The notes below the pieces were generated by a model, which was not told where the DNA came from, made no database searches, and worked only from the letters and a program-made list of their open reading frames with translations. Position numbers and translations under genes: made by a program. A stretch of 64,000 bases of DNA, from assembly GCA_052390235.1 (NCBI GenBank), contig JBQTHB010000004.1:1-64000 (forward strand). Reading direction: 5' to 3'. This DNA comes from Deltaproteobacteria bacterium. Lineage in GTDB: Bacteria > Desulfobacterota_D > UBA1144 > Nemesobacterales > CSP1-2. The first letter of the stretch is position 1, and each line of letters begins with the position of its first letter. Below are positions 12,071 to 21,276 of the stretch, one piece after another.

Positions 12071-14755
12071 ATGGAAAACCCCTCGAAAACCGAGATAGAT
12101 AAAGTCTATAGCCCGCAGAGTATAGAAGAGAAGTGGCATAAATTCTGGATTGATAACGGGACATTCCGCGCCAATCCCGAATCCCCCGCTCCCGCATTTT
12201 CAATAGTCATCCCCCCGCCAAACGTAACCGGCTCGCTCCACATCGGACACGCTCTGAACAACACGATTCAGGACATCCTAAACCGCTACCACAAGATGAA
12301 AGGGTACTCTGTTCTCTGGATTCCGGGCACTGATCACGCGGGAATCGCCACGCAGAACGTCGTTGAGAGGGAGCTTAGAAAAGGCGGCGTCAATAGAGAG
12401 GATTTGGGCAGGGAAGAGTTCACGCGGCGCGTCTGGAAGTGGAAAGAGGACTACGGCGGCAGAATCATAAATCAGCTTAAAAAATTGGGGGCTTCGTGCG
12501 ATTGGTCGCGCGAGCGGTTCACCCTGGACGAAGGGCTGTCCCGCGCCGTGAGGGAGGTTTTCGTCCGGCTCTATGGGGAGAATCTGATTTATAGGGGGCA
12601 TTACCTCGTAAACTGGTGTCCTCGTTGCGATACGGCTCTATCAGACCTTGAGGTGATTAAGGACGAAACCAAGGGGAAGCTCTACTATTTGAGATATCCC
12701 ATTGTCGGGGGGGGCGGCGAATTTATCACCGTAGCCACGACTCGCCCAGAAACCGTGCCGGGGGATACCGCCGTCGCCGTGAACCCCGCCGATGGGAGAT
12801 TCCGCCGTTTCATCGGGCAGGAAGCGTTACTGCCCGTAGCGAACCGAAAAATTCCCATCATAGCCGATGAGAGCGTAGATATGGAAATGGGAACGGGCGC
12901 GCTCAAGGTTACGCCGGCGCACGATTTTGCGGATTTCGAGACCGGATGCCGCCACAATCTCCCAAGGGTGCAGATTATGGATTTTCGGGGGGTCATGAAC
13001 GAAGGGGCGGGCAAGTACGCGGGTATGGATAGGTACGAGTGCAGGCGGCAGATTCTCGAAGATTTCGAGGCTGATGGGATTTTGGACAGAGCCGAAGACC
13101 ACACCCTAGCGCTAGGAAAGTGCTACAGATGCTCGACAGCCGTGGAGCCGATGCTCTCGCTTCAGTGGTTCGTGCGGATGAAGCCGCTTGCAGAGCCTGC
13201 AATCTCGGCTGTGGAGGACGGCAGAACTAGAATTATCCCCGAAGAGTGGCGAAGCACGTATTTTGAGTGGATGAGAAATATTCGGGACTGGTGCATTTCC
13301 CGCCAAATCTGGTGGGGACACAGGATTCCCGCTTGGTTCTGCGACGACTGCGCGGGGATAACAGTATCCGCGCAGGAGCCTGCGGTGTGCGGGGCTTGCG
13401 GCTCTGGTCAAATCCGGCAGGAGACCGACGTGCTTGACACGTGGTTCAGCTCGGCGCTTTGGCCATTTAGCACTATGGGCTGGCCCGCTGGGACGGCGGA
13501 GCTTCAGAAGTTCTATCCGACCTCGGTTCTGGTTACAGCCTCCGATATAATTTTCTTCTGGGTCGCTCGAATGATGATGATGGGGCTTAAATTCATGAGC
13601 GACGCGCCGTTTCGGGACGTCTATATCCACGCCCTCATAAGGGACGAAAAGGGCGAGAAGATGAGCAAAACCAAGGGCAACGTGATAGACCCGCTCGATA
13701 TAATGTCGGAGTTCGGCGCGGACGCCCTCAGATTCAGCCTCACCGCTCTTGCCGCTCAGGGCAGGGACATTCGCCTCTCGATTCCCATTATCGAGGGTTA
13801 TAGGAATTTTATGAATAAAATCTGGAACGCCTCGCGGTTTGTATTTATGAGTCTATCCTCCGATTCCGAAATTAATCGCGGCATAGCCGAGGAAAACCTC
13901 TCGACGGCGGATAAGTGGATTCTATCCAAGCTCAACCGCACCGTGGGCGAGGTGGAGCGCGCGATTTGTGGATATGAATTCGATAAAGCCGCCCGCGCGA
14001 TTTATCAGTTCATCTGGGCGGATTTTTGCGACTGGTACATTGAGCTTGTAAAGCCCGTACTCTACGGCGACGACAGGGCGGCGAAGGGCGCTGCTCAGGC
14101 GGTTTTGCTCAAATCCCTTGAAACCGCAATGAAACTGCTACATCCGATTGCGCCGTTTATAACCGAAGAGCTTTACCAAAAAATCGGCGAATATTCCCCG
14201 AAAACTGAGCGCGAGCAGAGCGTTGCCGAGTCCGAGTTCCCGGTGTTTACCGAGGGCGCAGTGTTTGAGGACGCATTTCGGGAGATTGAATTTGTAAAAG
14301 AGGTTATAGCCGCCATCAGGAGCCTTAGAACCGTGGTCGGACTCCATCCCTCATCGCCCACAAATATACATCTCGTCGCCGATAACGCCGCCGCCCTGAG
14401 AATGGCGAAATCCAATGAGACCTCGATTCTGACCCTAGCAAAGGTCTCACTGCTCTCTCTCTCAGCCTCTGAGAAACCCAAGCGGGCGGTATCCCAGGTG
14501 ATAAGCGGCGGTCTTGAGGTGTTTCTGCCGGTCGAGGGGCTTATAGACGCCCAAAAAGAGGCGGCGAGAATTGGGCGTGAGTTATCAAAGCTCTCAAAGG
14601 ACAGAGAAGCCGCGCAGGGGAAACTCGCCAATGCGGATTTCCTCGCCCGCGCGCCGGAAGACGTGGTCGAGAAGGAACGAGACAGGCTCGATGAACTCGA
14701 AGTGCGTATCCGCAAAATGAAAGAAGCCCTCGAAAAGCTCTCCGAGATTGGCTGA
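12071..14755 (+). CDS. valS: Valine--tRNA ligase
   Basis: PPPNVTGSLHIGH, DWCISRQIWWGH, KMSKT, C-terminal coiled coil. Confidence 0.98.
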   Translation: MENPSKTEIDKVYSPQSIEEKWHKFWIDNGTFRANPESPAPAFSIVIPPPNVTGSLHIGHALNNTIQDILNRYHKMKGYSVLWIPGTDHAGIATQNVVERELRKGGVNREDLGREEFTRRVWKWKEDYGGRIINQLKKLGASCDWSRERFTLDEGLSRAVREVFVRLYGENLIYRGHYLVNWCPRCDTALSDLEVIKDETKGKLYYLRYPIVGGGGEFITVATTRPETVPGDTAVAVNPADGRFRRFIGQEALLPVANRKIPIIADESVDMEMGTGALKVTPAHDFADFETGCRHNLPRVQIMDFRGVMNEGAGKYAGMDRYECRRQILEDFEADGILDRAEDHTLALGKCYRCSTAVEPMLSLQWFVRMKPLAEPAISAVEDGRTRIIPEEWRSTYFEWMRNIRDWCISRQIWWGHRIPAWFCDDCAGITVSAQEPAVCGACGSGQIRQETDVLDTWFSSALWPFSTMGWPAGTAELQKFYPTSVLVTASDIIFFWVARMMMMGLKFMSDAPFRDVYIHALIRDEKGEKMSKTKGNVIDPLDIMSEFGADALRFSLTALAAQGRDIRLSIPIIEGYRNFMNKIWNASRFVFMSLSSDSEINRGIAEENLSTADKWILSKLNRTVGEVERAICGYEFDKAARAIYQFIWADFCDWYIELVKPVLYGDDRAAKGAAQAVLLKSLETAMKLLHPIAPFITEELYQKIGEYSPKTEREQSVAESEFPVFTEGAVFEDAFREIEFVKEVIAAIRSLRTVVGLHPSSPTNIHLVADNAAALRMAKSNETSILTLAKVSLLSLSASEKPKRAVSQVISGGLEVFLPVEGLIDAQKEAARIGRELSKLSKDREAAQGKLANADFLARAPEDVVEKERDRLDELEVRIRKMKEALEKLSEIG

Positions 14756-14823
14756 GCGCCGAGGTATTTAGGGCTGTCTGGGCCGCCCGCCACTGAGGCA
14801 CTGCGGAGAATTGCCTATACCTT

Positions 14824-14846
14824 TCATCCTGAGCGAAGTCGAAGGA
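14824..14846. repeat. REP-like palindromic element (single copy in window)
   Basis: TCATCCTGAGCGAAGTCGAAGGA between convergent valS and MFS genes; resembles, from recall, the widespread CCTGAGCGAAGTCGAAGG extragenic repeat. Confidence 0.55.
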
Positions 14847-14934
14847 CAATCCTAAATCTATTGCTTCCCAAGGCAATAGCGTAATTCAATAGGCTCGCTG
14901 CAGGCTCTGCCAAAGGTAGCCGATTCAAAAATCA

Positions 14935-16494
14935 TCACTTAACCCTCTTTTTCGGTATTAAGAGCGCCGAGGCAAACGCCAATATCGCAATTACCAGCCC
15001 GGCGATAAAAACATAGCGGAGCGAGTGGGCGAGCGTTCCCTGAAGGTAGCCGAGGGTTTCGGGGGACAGTTTCGCCCTCTCAATCGGATTTAGAATCAGG
15101 TCGGGGTTCTCAAAATAGCGTATCTCGGATGCAGATACCCCGTTGGCTGAGTGGACGGCAATCCCTCGGCGCATGAACACTGCCATCACCGCTCCCATTA
15201 TGCCCGTGCCGACCGCTCCGCCAATGAGCCGGAAAAACTGCGTGGCGGACGTCGCAATTCCGAGCCTATCCCGCGGGACGGAGTTCTGAACGGCGAGAAT
15301 AGTAGGGATGAATATCATTCCGATGCCGCATCCAAGAAAAATCATTATCGCCGATGCCGCAATCTGAGTCGTCCTCCCATCCATCTGGCTCAGGAGCGAA
15401 AACCCGACCACGAGCGTGGCCGTTCCTGCGAATATTAGAGGGCGGTAGCCAAAGCGGAGCATCAATTTCCCGGACACGCTAGAGAGCGTTACCCAGCTCA
15501 GTAGCAGCGGCGTGAGAATCCCTCCTGCCACTGTCGCCGATGCCCCGGTTACGCCTTGCGCAAAAAGCGGGATGAAGGAAATCGAGCCAAACATCGCCAT
15601 GCCGACGAAAAATCCGGTTACTGCCGAGGTCTTAAAAAACGCGTTTGAGAATAAGTCCAGCGGAAGCACCGGGTCTTCTGCCATCCTCTCGACTAGGATA
15701 AATAGATAGCCAAGCGGCAGGCACGAGGCGATGATGACGAGTGAGGCAATCGGGGTTCCCCCCCTGCCGAGTTCTGTTATCCCCAGCACAAGGAGCGTTG
15801 AAAGCGCCGCGAGTAGACCCGCCCCAAGGTAGTCTATCGCCGCTTTTTTGCCCCGCTGAAGTTGCTCTCGCAGTGCAAATCCGAGGATTATAGCCGCCGC
15901 TACGCCGAACGGGATGTTCAGATAAAAAACCCATCGCCACGAGAAATTATCCGTTATGAACCCGCCGATGAGCGGCCCGGCTATGCTGGAGATACCCCAT
16001 ATGCCGCCGAACAGACCCTGCACCCTCGCCCTCTCTTGGAGCGAGAATATTTCCCCTATGATGATCATTCCCAAGGTGAGAAGCGCCCCCGCCCCGACCC
16101 CCTGAACCGCTCTCGATATGATTAGCTCTGTCATCGTCTGCGACTGCCCCGAAAGCCCTGAGCCGAGCATGAAAATCGTTATTCCGAGGAGATAGAAAAT
16201 TTTCCGCCCGTAAATGTCCGACAGCTTGCCCCAGACGGGAATGCTTAGGGTTGAGGTGAGGAAATAGACCGAGAACACCCAGCTGTAGATGCCCAGTCCC
16301 CCCAGACTTGAGACGACGGTGGGCATTGCGGCGCTGACGGCCGTGGCTTCGAGAGAGGCGAGAACCATCCCCAGCATAATGCCTAGGGTTACGATGACCC
16401 TCCTCTTGGGCGATAGAGCCGCGTGTGGGGATTCGCTGCCGGAGGGCTTGGGGGGAGGCGGGTCTGATTCTCTGGTGATTATGGCTGAGCGCAT
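14935..16494 (-). CDS. MFS multidrug transporter, DHA2 (EmrB/QacA-like, about 14 TM)
   Basis: GKLSDIYGRK motif A, RAVQGVGAG, WRWVFYLNIPFG. Confidence 0.92.
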   Translation of the reverse strand: MRSAIITRESDPPPPKPSGSESPHAALSPKRRVIVTLGIMLGMVLASLEATAVSAAMPTVVSSLGGLGIYSWVFSVYFLTSTLSIPVWGKLSDIYGRKIFYLLGITIFMLGSGLSGQSQTMTELIISRAVQGVGAGALLTLGMIIIGEIFSLQERARVQGLFGGIWGISSIAGPLIGGFITDNFSWRWVFYLNIPFGVAAAIILGFALREQLQRGKKAAIDYLGAGLLAALSTLLVLGITELGRGGTPIASLVIIASCLPLGYLFILVERMAEDPVLPLDLFSNAFFKTSAVTGFFVGMAMFGSISFIPLFAQGVTGASATVAGGILTPLLLSWVTLSSVSGKLMLRFGYRPLIFAGTATLVVGFSLLSQMDGRTTQIAASAIMIFLGCGIGMIFIPTILAVQNSVPRDRLGIATSATQFFRLIGGAVGTGIMGAVMAVFMRRGIAVHSANGVSASEIRYFENPDLILNPIERAKLSPETLGYLQGTLAHSLRYVFIAGLVIAILAFASALLIPKKRVK

Positions 16495-16716
16495 TAATAT
16501 CTCGTTGACTCGAGGGTAGGATACCAGGATTTTGGGCGGGGCGGCGGCAGATGGGGGGAGGGGGTTTTATTATCGGCGCTTGCAAAAATCCCGATTTTCA
16601 CAGAGAATATCTGCTGAAATCGCTTGATTTTTATCATTGAGGCGCCGCGTTGCTGCGTATATCCAAGCCGATGCCCCAATTTAATTTAATGCCCCGATAA
16701 AAGGAGATGTCCCATT

Positions 16717-19227
16717 ATGAAAGCAGTGGTTCTAGCCGGAGGGTTCGGAACTCGTATAAAACCCCTTACCTACTCGCTCCCTAAGCCGATGCTCCCGCTT
16801 GTGGGCAAGCCGATACTTGAACACGTGGTCAATCTGCTGAAAAATCACGGGATTTCAGACCTCGTGTTTCTACTCTACTTTCAGCCCGAGGTGATAAAAA
16901 ACTACTTCGGCGACGGGAGCAGGTTCGGCGTGAAAATCTCCTACACCACCCCCCCGGAGGATTACGGCACTGCCGGCGCCGTGAGATTTGCCTCGGAATA
17001 CTTAAAAGGCGACGAGCCTTTTCTCATCACGAGCGGCGACCTGCTTACAGACGTAAATTTAGACGAACTTATGGAATTTCACGCGGAGAAACGCTCTCTG
17101 GTTACCATAGGGCTTACCTCGGTAACTGACCCGCTTCAGTTCGGCATCGTGATAACGGACGGCGATGACAGGGTAGTGAAATTCCTCGAGAAACCCGGCT
17201 GGGGCGAGGTATTCAGCGACTCTATCAACGCCGGAATCTATGTGATGAACCCCTCGGCGCTTGATTACATCCCGCCGAAACAGGCATTTGATTTCAGCCA
17301 CGACCTGTTTCCAAGGCTACTTGGAGAGGAAAAGCCGGTATTCGGGTTTTCCCTTCGCGGCTACTGGAGGGACGTTGGAGACGCCAATTCCTACCTTCAG
17401 GCAAATATGGATATTTTATCGGGCAGGGCGACGGTCAAGGGGTCGGGCAAGAGGCTCGATTTGGTAGGCAAGGACATCTGGCTCGGCGAGGGCGCGGATA
17501 TTGCCGAAGACGCTGAGCTTCAAGGCACTGTTATCATCGGCGAAGGGGTGAGAATCGCATCCGGCGCATTAATAAGAGACTCGATCATCGGCGAGCGCAC
17601 GGAAGTCGAGGAAAACTCGAAAATCTCAAACAGCGTAATTTGGGGGAATTCCTCTCTAGCCGGGGACTGCCGCGTGGAACACAGCATCATCTGCTCGAAG
17701 GTGAAAATCGGCGAGGGGGTGCATATAGAGTCCGGCTGCGTTATCTCGGAGAACTGTCTCATCGGCGGCGGGGCGATAATCAAAGAAGGGGTCAGAATTT
17801 GGCCCAGCAAAGAGGTCGAATCCCAAGCCGTGGTGTCGTCGAATCTGATATGGGGCGATAGGTGGAAGAGGAGCCTCTTTGAGGAGTCTAAAGTTGCCGG
17901 GCTCTCCAACCTGGAACTCACCCCAGAATTTGCGGCAAAACTCGGCGCGGCGTATGCGTCGTTTCTCCCCAAAGGCTCGTCGGTTTTGGTGGGCAGGGAC
18001 GCCTACCGCGCTCCCCGGATGATAAAGCGCGCGTTCGTAGCCGGAGCCCTTTCTGCCGGGGTCAACGTGGACGACCTCAAAGCCGTTCCCGTCCCCGTGC
18101 TTCGCTATAAACTCAGAACCCCGGGAGAGGCCGGAGGGGTCTATTTCAGGCACTCAAGGGAAAATCACGAGGTTACAGAAATCCTCTTCTACGACTCAAA
18201 CGGATTTGAGATGACCTCGTCGTTTGAGAAATCCTTCGAGCGAGTGTTTCAGAGGGAGGAATTCCGCCGCGTAGAGGAGTGGACGGTCGGCAAAATCCTA
18301 GCCTCAAATGGTATCGTGGATTTATACAACGACGAATTTCTCAATAAGGTCAAGCGCGAGGACATAAAGGGGAGAAATTTTAGAATAGTCGTGGATTTCT
18401 CCCACGGCCCTTCGTCCGAGTATTTCCCGGTGCTTCTCCATGAACTGGGGTGTGAGGTCATAAGCCTAAACGCCTACACCGTAGAGCGCGGAAAGGGGGT
18501 GGACGAGGACAGGGCAATGAAACTCATCTCAAATATAGTAAAGGCTACAGACGCCACGGCCGGTTTTTGGATTGACCACTGGGGCGAGAGGCTCAATTTC
18601 GTTGACGAGACCGGCAAAATCTACAGGGGCATGAATTCGCTGTTTCTCCTCTTCCATCTCGTTCTCAAATCCGAAAACCGCGGGGCTATCGGGCTTCCGC
18701 TCTTCGCGCCGTCCTACGTTGAGGAATACGCCAAGGAAAGCGGGTTCTCTGTGAAGCGGACTAAAAACAGCGCAAGGGCAATATCCGATTCCGCGAGGGA
18801 CAAGGACGTGAAATTTGCGAGCTTCCCCGACGGCAGGTTCATTTTCAGCGAATTCCAAAACGCCTACGACGGTATGTTCGCCCTTGCCAAGACCCTCGAA
18901 ATCATGGCGAGGCTTGGGCTAAAACTCTCGGAGGTATCAAAGGGAATACCCAATATACATTTCCACCACGCCACCGTTCCCTGCCCGTGGGAGTCCAAAG
19001 GGTCGGTCATAAAGAAGGCCTCTCAAGAGGCGCTCGGCAGGAACGCGACATTCGTTGACGGAGTGAGAATCGCCTTTAACGGCTCGTGGGTTCTCATGTT
19101 CCCCGACCAATATAAATCCATCGTGCATATTTACGCCGAGGCGAAATCGGCTCACAAGGCGTCGGCTCTCATTGACGAATACGCGAAAAAGGTTGAAGTC
19201 TGGGTAAGCGGGGCGGAACTGGATTAG
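16717..19227 (+). CDS. Mannose-1-phosphate guanylyltransferase-like NTP transferase + LbH + phosphohexomutase-like fusion
   Basis: LAGGFGTR..P..PKPM, EKP, hexapeptide repeats, C-terminal PGM/PMM-like region with degenerate catalytic motifs. Confidence 0.88.
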   Translation: MKAVVLAGGFGTRIKPLTYSLPKPMLPLVGKPILEHVVNLLKNHGISDLVFLLYFQPEVIKNYFGDGSRFGVKISYTTPPEDYGTAGAVRFASEYLKGDEPFLITSGDLLTDVNLDELMEFHAEKRSLVTIGLTSVTDPLQFGIVITDGDDRVVKFLEKPGWGEVFSDSINAGIYVMNPSALDYIPPKQAFDFSHDLFPRLLGEEKPVFGFSLRGYWRDVGDANSYLQANMDILSGRATVKGSGKRLDLVGKDIWLGEGADIAEDAELQGTVIIGEGVRIASGALIRDSIIGERTEVEENSKISNSVIWGNSSLAGDCRVEHSIICSKVKIGEGVHIESGCVISENCLIGGGAIIKEGVRIWPSKEVESQAVVSSNLIWGDRWKRSLFEESKVAGLSNLELTPEFAAKLGAAYASFLPKGSSVLVGRDAYRAPRMIKRAFVAGALSAGVNVDDLKAVPVPVLRYKLRTPGEAGGVYFRHSRENHEVTEILFYDSNGFEMTSSFEKSFERVFQREEFRRVEEWTVGKILASNGIVDLYNDEFLNKVKREDIKGRNFRIVVDFSHGPSSEYFPVLLHELGCEVISLNAYTVERGKGVDEDRAMKLISNIVKATDATAGFWIDHWGERLNFVDETGKIYRGMNSLFLLFHLVLKSENRGAIGLPLFAPSYVEEYAKESGFSVKRTKNSARAISDSARDKDVKFASFPDGRFIFSEFQNAYDGMFALAKTLEIMARLGLKLSEVSKGIPNIHFHHATVPCPWESKGSVIKKASQEALGRNATFVDGVRIAFNGSWVLMFPDQYKSIVHIYAEAKSAHKASALIDEYAKKVEVWVSGAELD

Positions 19228-19253
19228 CTCTCTACTCAGGGGGGAGCGCGGCA

Positions 19254-19700
19254 ATGAATGCCGGCGGGTCAAAATGGAAATCTCGCGCCCTAGTGTGGGT
19301 TCAATTCCTCTGCCTCGGAGTCATCGCCGCCTCGTGCGGAATCATTGCCTCAGGCGCGTTCTATCTCTCGATGGAAGCGGCGGGAGCGGCGTTGGGGCTT
19401 TGGGCGGTTCGGGCGATGGGGTATCGGTTCAATATTTCCCCGGACGTTCCCGAAGGAGGGAGGCTCGCTACTGAGGGACCCTATAGGTTCATCCGCCACC
19501 CGATGTACTCTGCCCTTCTGCTCGCCACCTTAGCCTTGGTTCTCGATTCCCTCTCGCCCTTTAGTATCGCCGTGTGGTGTATTCTGGCGGCGAATTTGTG
19601 GATAAAGCTCCGCTATGAAGAGGGGTGGCTGTCGCTTCGATTTCCCGATTACGAGGCATATAGCCGGCGAACGAGGCGGCTGATACCCTATCTGCTCTAG
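19254..19700 (+). CDS. Isoprenylcysteine carboxylmethyltransferase / PEMT-family membrane protein
   Basis: GPYRFIRHPMY, EE..L...F..YEAY..RT.RLIP. Confidence 0.85.
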   Translation: MNAGGSKWKSRALVWVQFLCLGVIAASCGIIASGAFYLSMEAAGAALGLWAVRAMGYRFNISPDVPEGGRLATEGPYRFIRHPMYSALLLATLALVLDSLSPFSIAVWCILAANLWIKLRYEEGWLSLRFPDYEAYSRRTRRLIPYLL

Positions 19701-19858
19701 GCAATTCGGGGCTGGATTCGGCGCATTGCTCCTTTTTTTTGCTCGCGGCTGAGGTTGAATCCGGCGGCGTTTCTGATAATATTTGGAGCGCGAAACAGGG
19801 GGGCGATTCTATTTCATGGAGGATGGGAATTGATAAATATGATGGAGGAGAGGGAGAG

Positions 19859-20158
19859 TTGATAAAACATATCGTGATGTGGCGGCTCAGAGACGATTTG
19901 CCGAAGCCAAAAAGCGAGGTTGCGGCGGAAATCAAGCGGATTCTCGAAGACCTCAAGGGAAAAATCGAGGTTATACGGGCGATAGAGGTCGGAATTAATG
20001 TCAAACCCTCGGACGGCGCATCGGACGTTGCGCTGTATTCGGAGTTCGCGACCCTTGACGACCTTGAAATTTACCAGAAGCACCCGGAGCATCTGCGCGT
20101 TGCCGGATACATCGGCGAAGTCCGGTCTGAGAGGCGAGTGGTTGACTACGAGGCGTAG
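19859..20158 (+). CDS. Dabb (stress-responsive A/B barrel) protein
   Basis: IKHIVMW..., YQKHPEH, VVDY; probable TTG start at 19859 after GGAGGAGAGGGAGAG. Confidence 0.85.
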   Translation: MIKHIVMWRLRDDLPKPKSEVAAEIKRILEDLKGKIEVIRAIEVGINVKPSDGASDVALYSEFATLDDLEIYQKHPEHLRVAGYIGEVRSERRVVDYEA

Positions 20159-20203
20159 CCGAAGTTGATTGACAAGAGCGGAAAAAGGTGATTAATATCT
20201 CTC

Positions 20204-20917
20204 ATGTCCGATATTACGTTGGAAGAGCTGATAAACGAAGCGAAAAAGAGAAAAATTGACCTCGGCGCCGACCCGGAGAAAATAATCAGGTTTTACGTTA
20301 AGCTGGGGCTGATTCCGAAACCGAAGAGGAGAAGGACGGCAAAATCCCAGGGCGGCGGCTCAAGTCTCTATTACGCCGAAGCCGCGGTTGACAAATTGGC
20401 GCAGATAAAAGCGCTCAAATCCGAGGGGCTGTCAACCGAAGAAATCAAAGAGAGTTTCGCTTTTGCCTACGTGAAGGACGCCCTTGGAGACCTGCTTGGC
20501 AGGGCGGATCACGAGAAAGTGAAACAACTCGCCCGTATTATCGGCAGTAAAGAGGAGCTTGAGGCGATAGTCGAAGCCCCGCTCATTTACGTTATCGAGG
20601 GGATGTCTCCCGAAGAGGCTAAGAGACTGCTCACTCTGTTCGTAGGCGTTGGGTTCTACGCCCTCTTGGACGCTCAAGAAGCACTCGAGGGATTCAAAAT
20701 AAACGACGCCCGCCGCGCGCTGTTTAAAGCGATTTTCTATAATTCGATTGCCGTTCTGAGGCTTGCCCGCACCACGGGAGATAAGAAACTGGAGTCCACG
20801 GCATCTGAAGTGTATGAGAATATAGTTCTCGCCCCCATCAGAAAGGTGAGCGAGAGGGTGAGGCGCGAGTTTATAAAATCCCTTGAGGCGCATCTGAGGG
20901 GGAAAGAGGCGAATTAA
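20204..20917 (+). CDS. MerR-like HTH protein with unknown helical C-terminal domain
   Basis: IRFYVKLGLIPKP...YY....DKLAQIKALKSEGLSTEEIK. Confidence 0.7.
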   Translation: MSDITLEELINEAKKRKIDLGADPEKIIRFYVKLGLIPKPKRRRTAKSQGGGSSLYYAEAAVDKLAQIKALKSEGLSTEEIKESFAFAYVKDALGDLLGRADHEKVKQLARIIGSKEELEAIVEAPLIYVIEGMSPEEAKRLLTLFVGVGFYALLDAQEALEGFKINDARRALFKAIFYNSIAVLRLARTTGDKKLESTASEVYENIVLAPIRKVSERVRREFIKSLEAHLRGKEAN

Positions 20918-21012
20918 AAGGGCAGTGATTAGTTTGCAGAGCGCAAACCCAATACTTGTCCGCGATTCAGAGATAGAGATTCTAAAACTCGCGCTCATTA
21001 TCCCGCCCCCTG

Positions 21013-21264
21013 TCATGCCTCTCGCCGTACGATGGATTCTATATGCAGGGCGATGCTGTTTACGGTCGCCAAAATCTCAAGTGTCATCTCGCCCTCGTCA
21101 ATTGCGATTTGAAATTCCCTCTCCAGCGCCACAATAAATTCCAGCGCGGCTATGGAATCTAGCCCCACGCCGAATTCAATAAGCGGCGCATCGTCGGCTA
21201 GCTCAACCCCTTGGATTTTTTCGGACAGCACGCGCCTGATTCTCGATTTTATCTCTCCGCTCAT
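21013..21264 (-). CDS. Acyl/peptidyl carrier protein
   Basis: 83 aa, acidic, GLDSI phosphopantetheine motif, LEREFQIAI. Confidence 0.9.
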   Translation of the reverse strand: MSGEIKSRIRRVLSEKIQGVELADDAPLIEFGVGLDSIAALEFIVALEREFQIAIDEGEMTLEILATVNSIALHIESIVRREA

Positions 21265-21276
21265 GATTTTCTCAGC

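Noticed and set aside
663..14876. Many antisense or alternate-frame ORFs over nusG, rpl genes, rpoBC and valS (e.g. 6261-6869, 14173-14793)
   Set aside because: They overlap unambiguous core genes and have no motifs; expected shadow ORFs
15947..16585. 212-aa minus-strand ORF
   Set aside because: Alternate frame of the MFS gene, Arg/His/Gly-rich with no recognisable domain
16584..16630. Short AAATC/GATTT palindromes in the divergent MFS / NTP-transferase spacer
   Set aside because: Arms of only 5-6 bp with inconsistent spacers; could be chance
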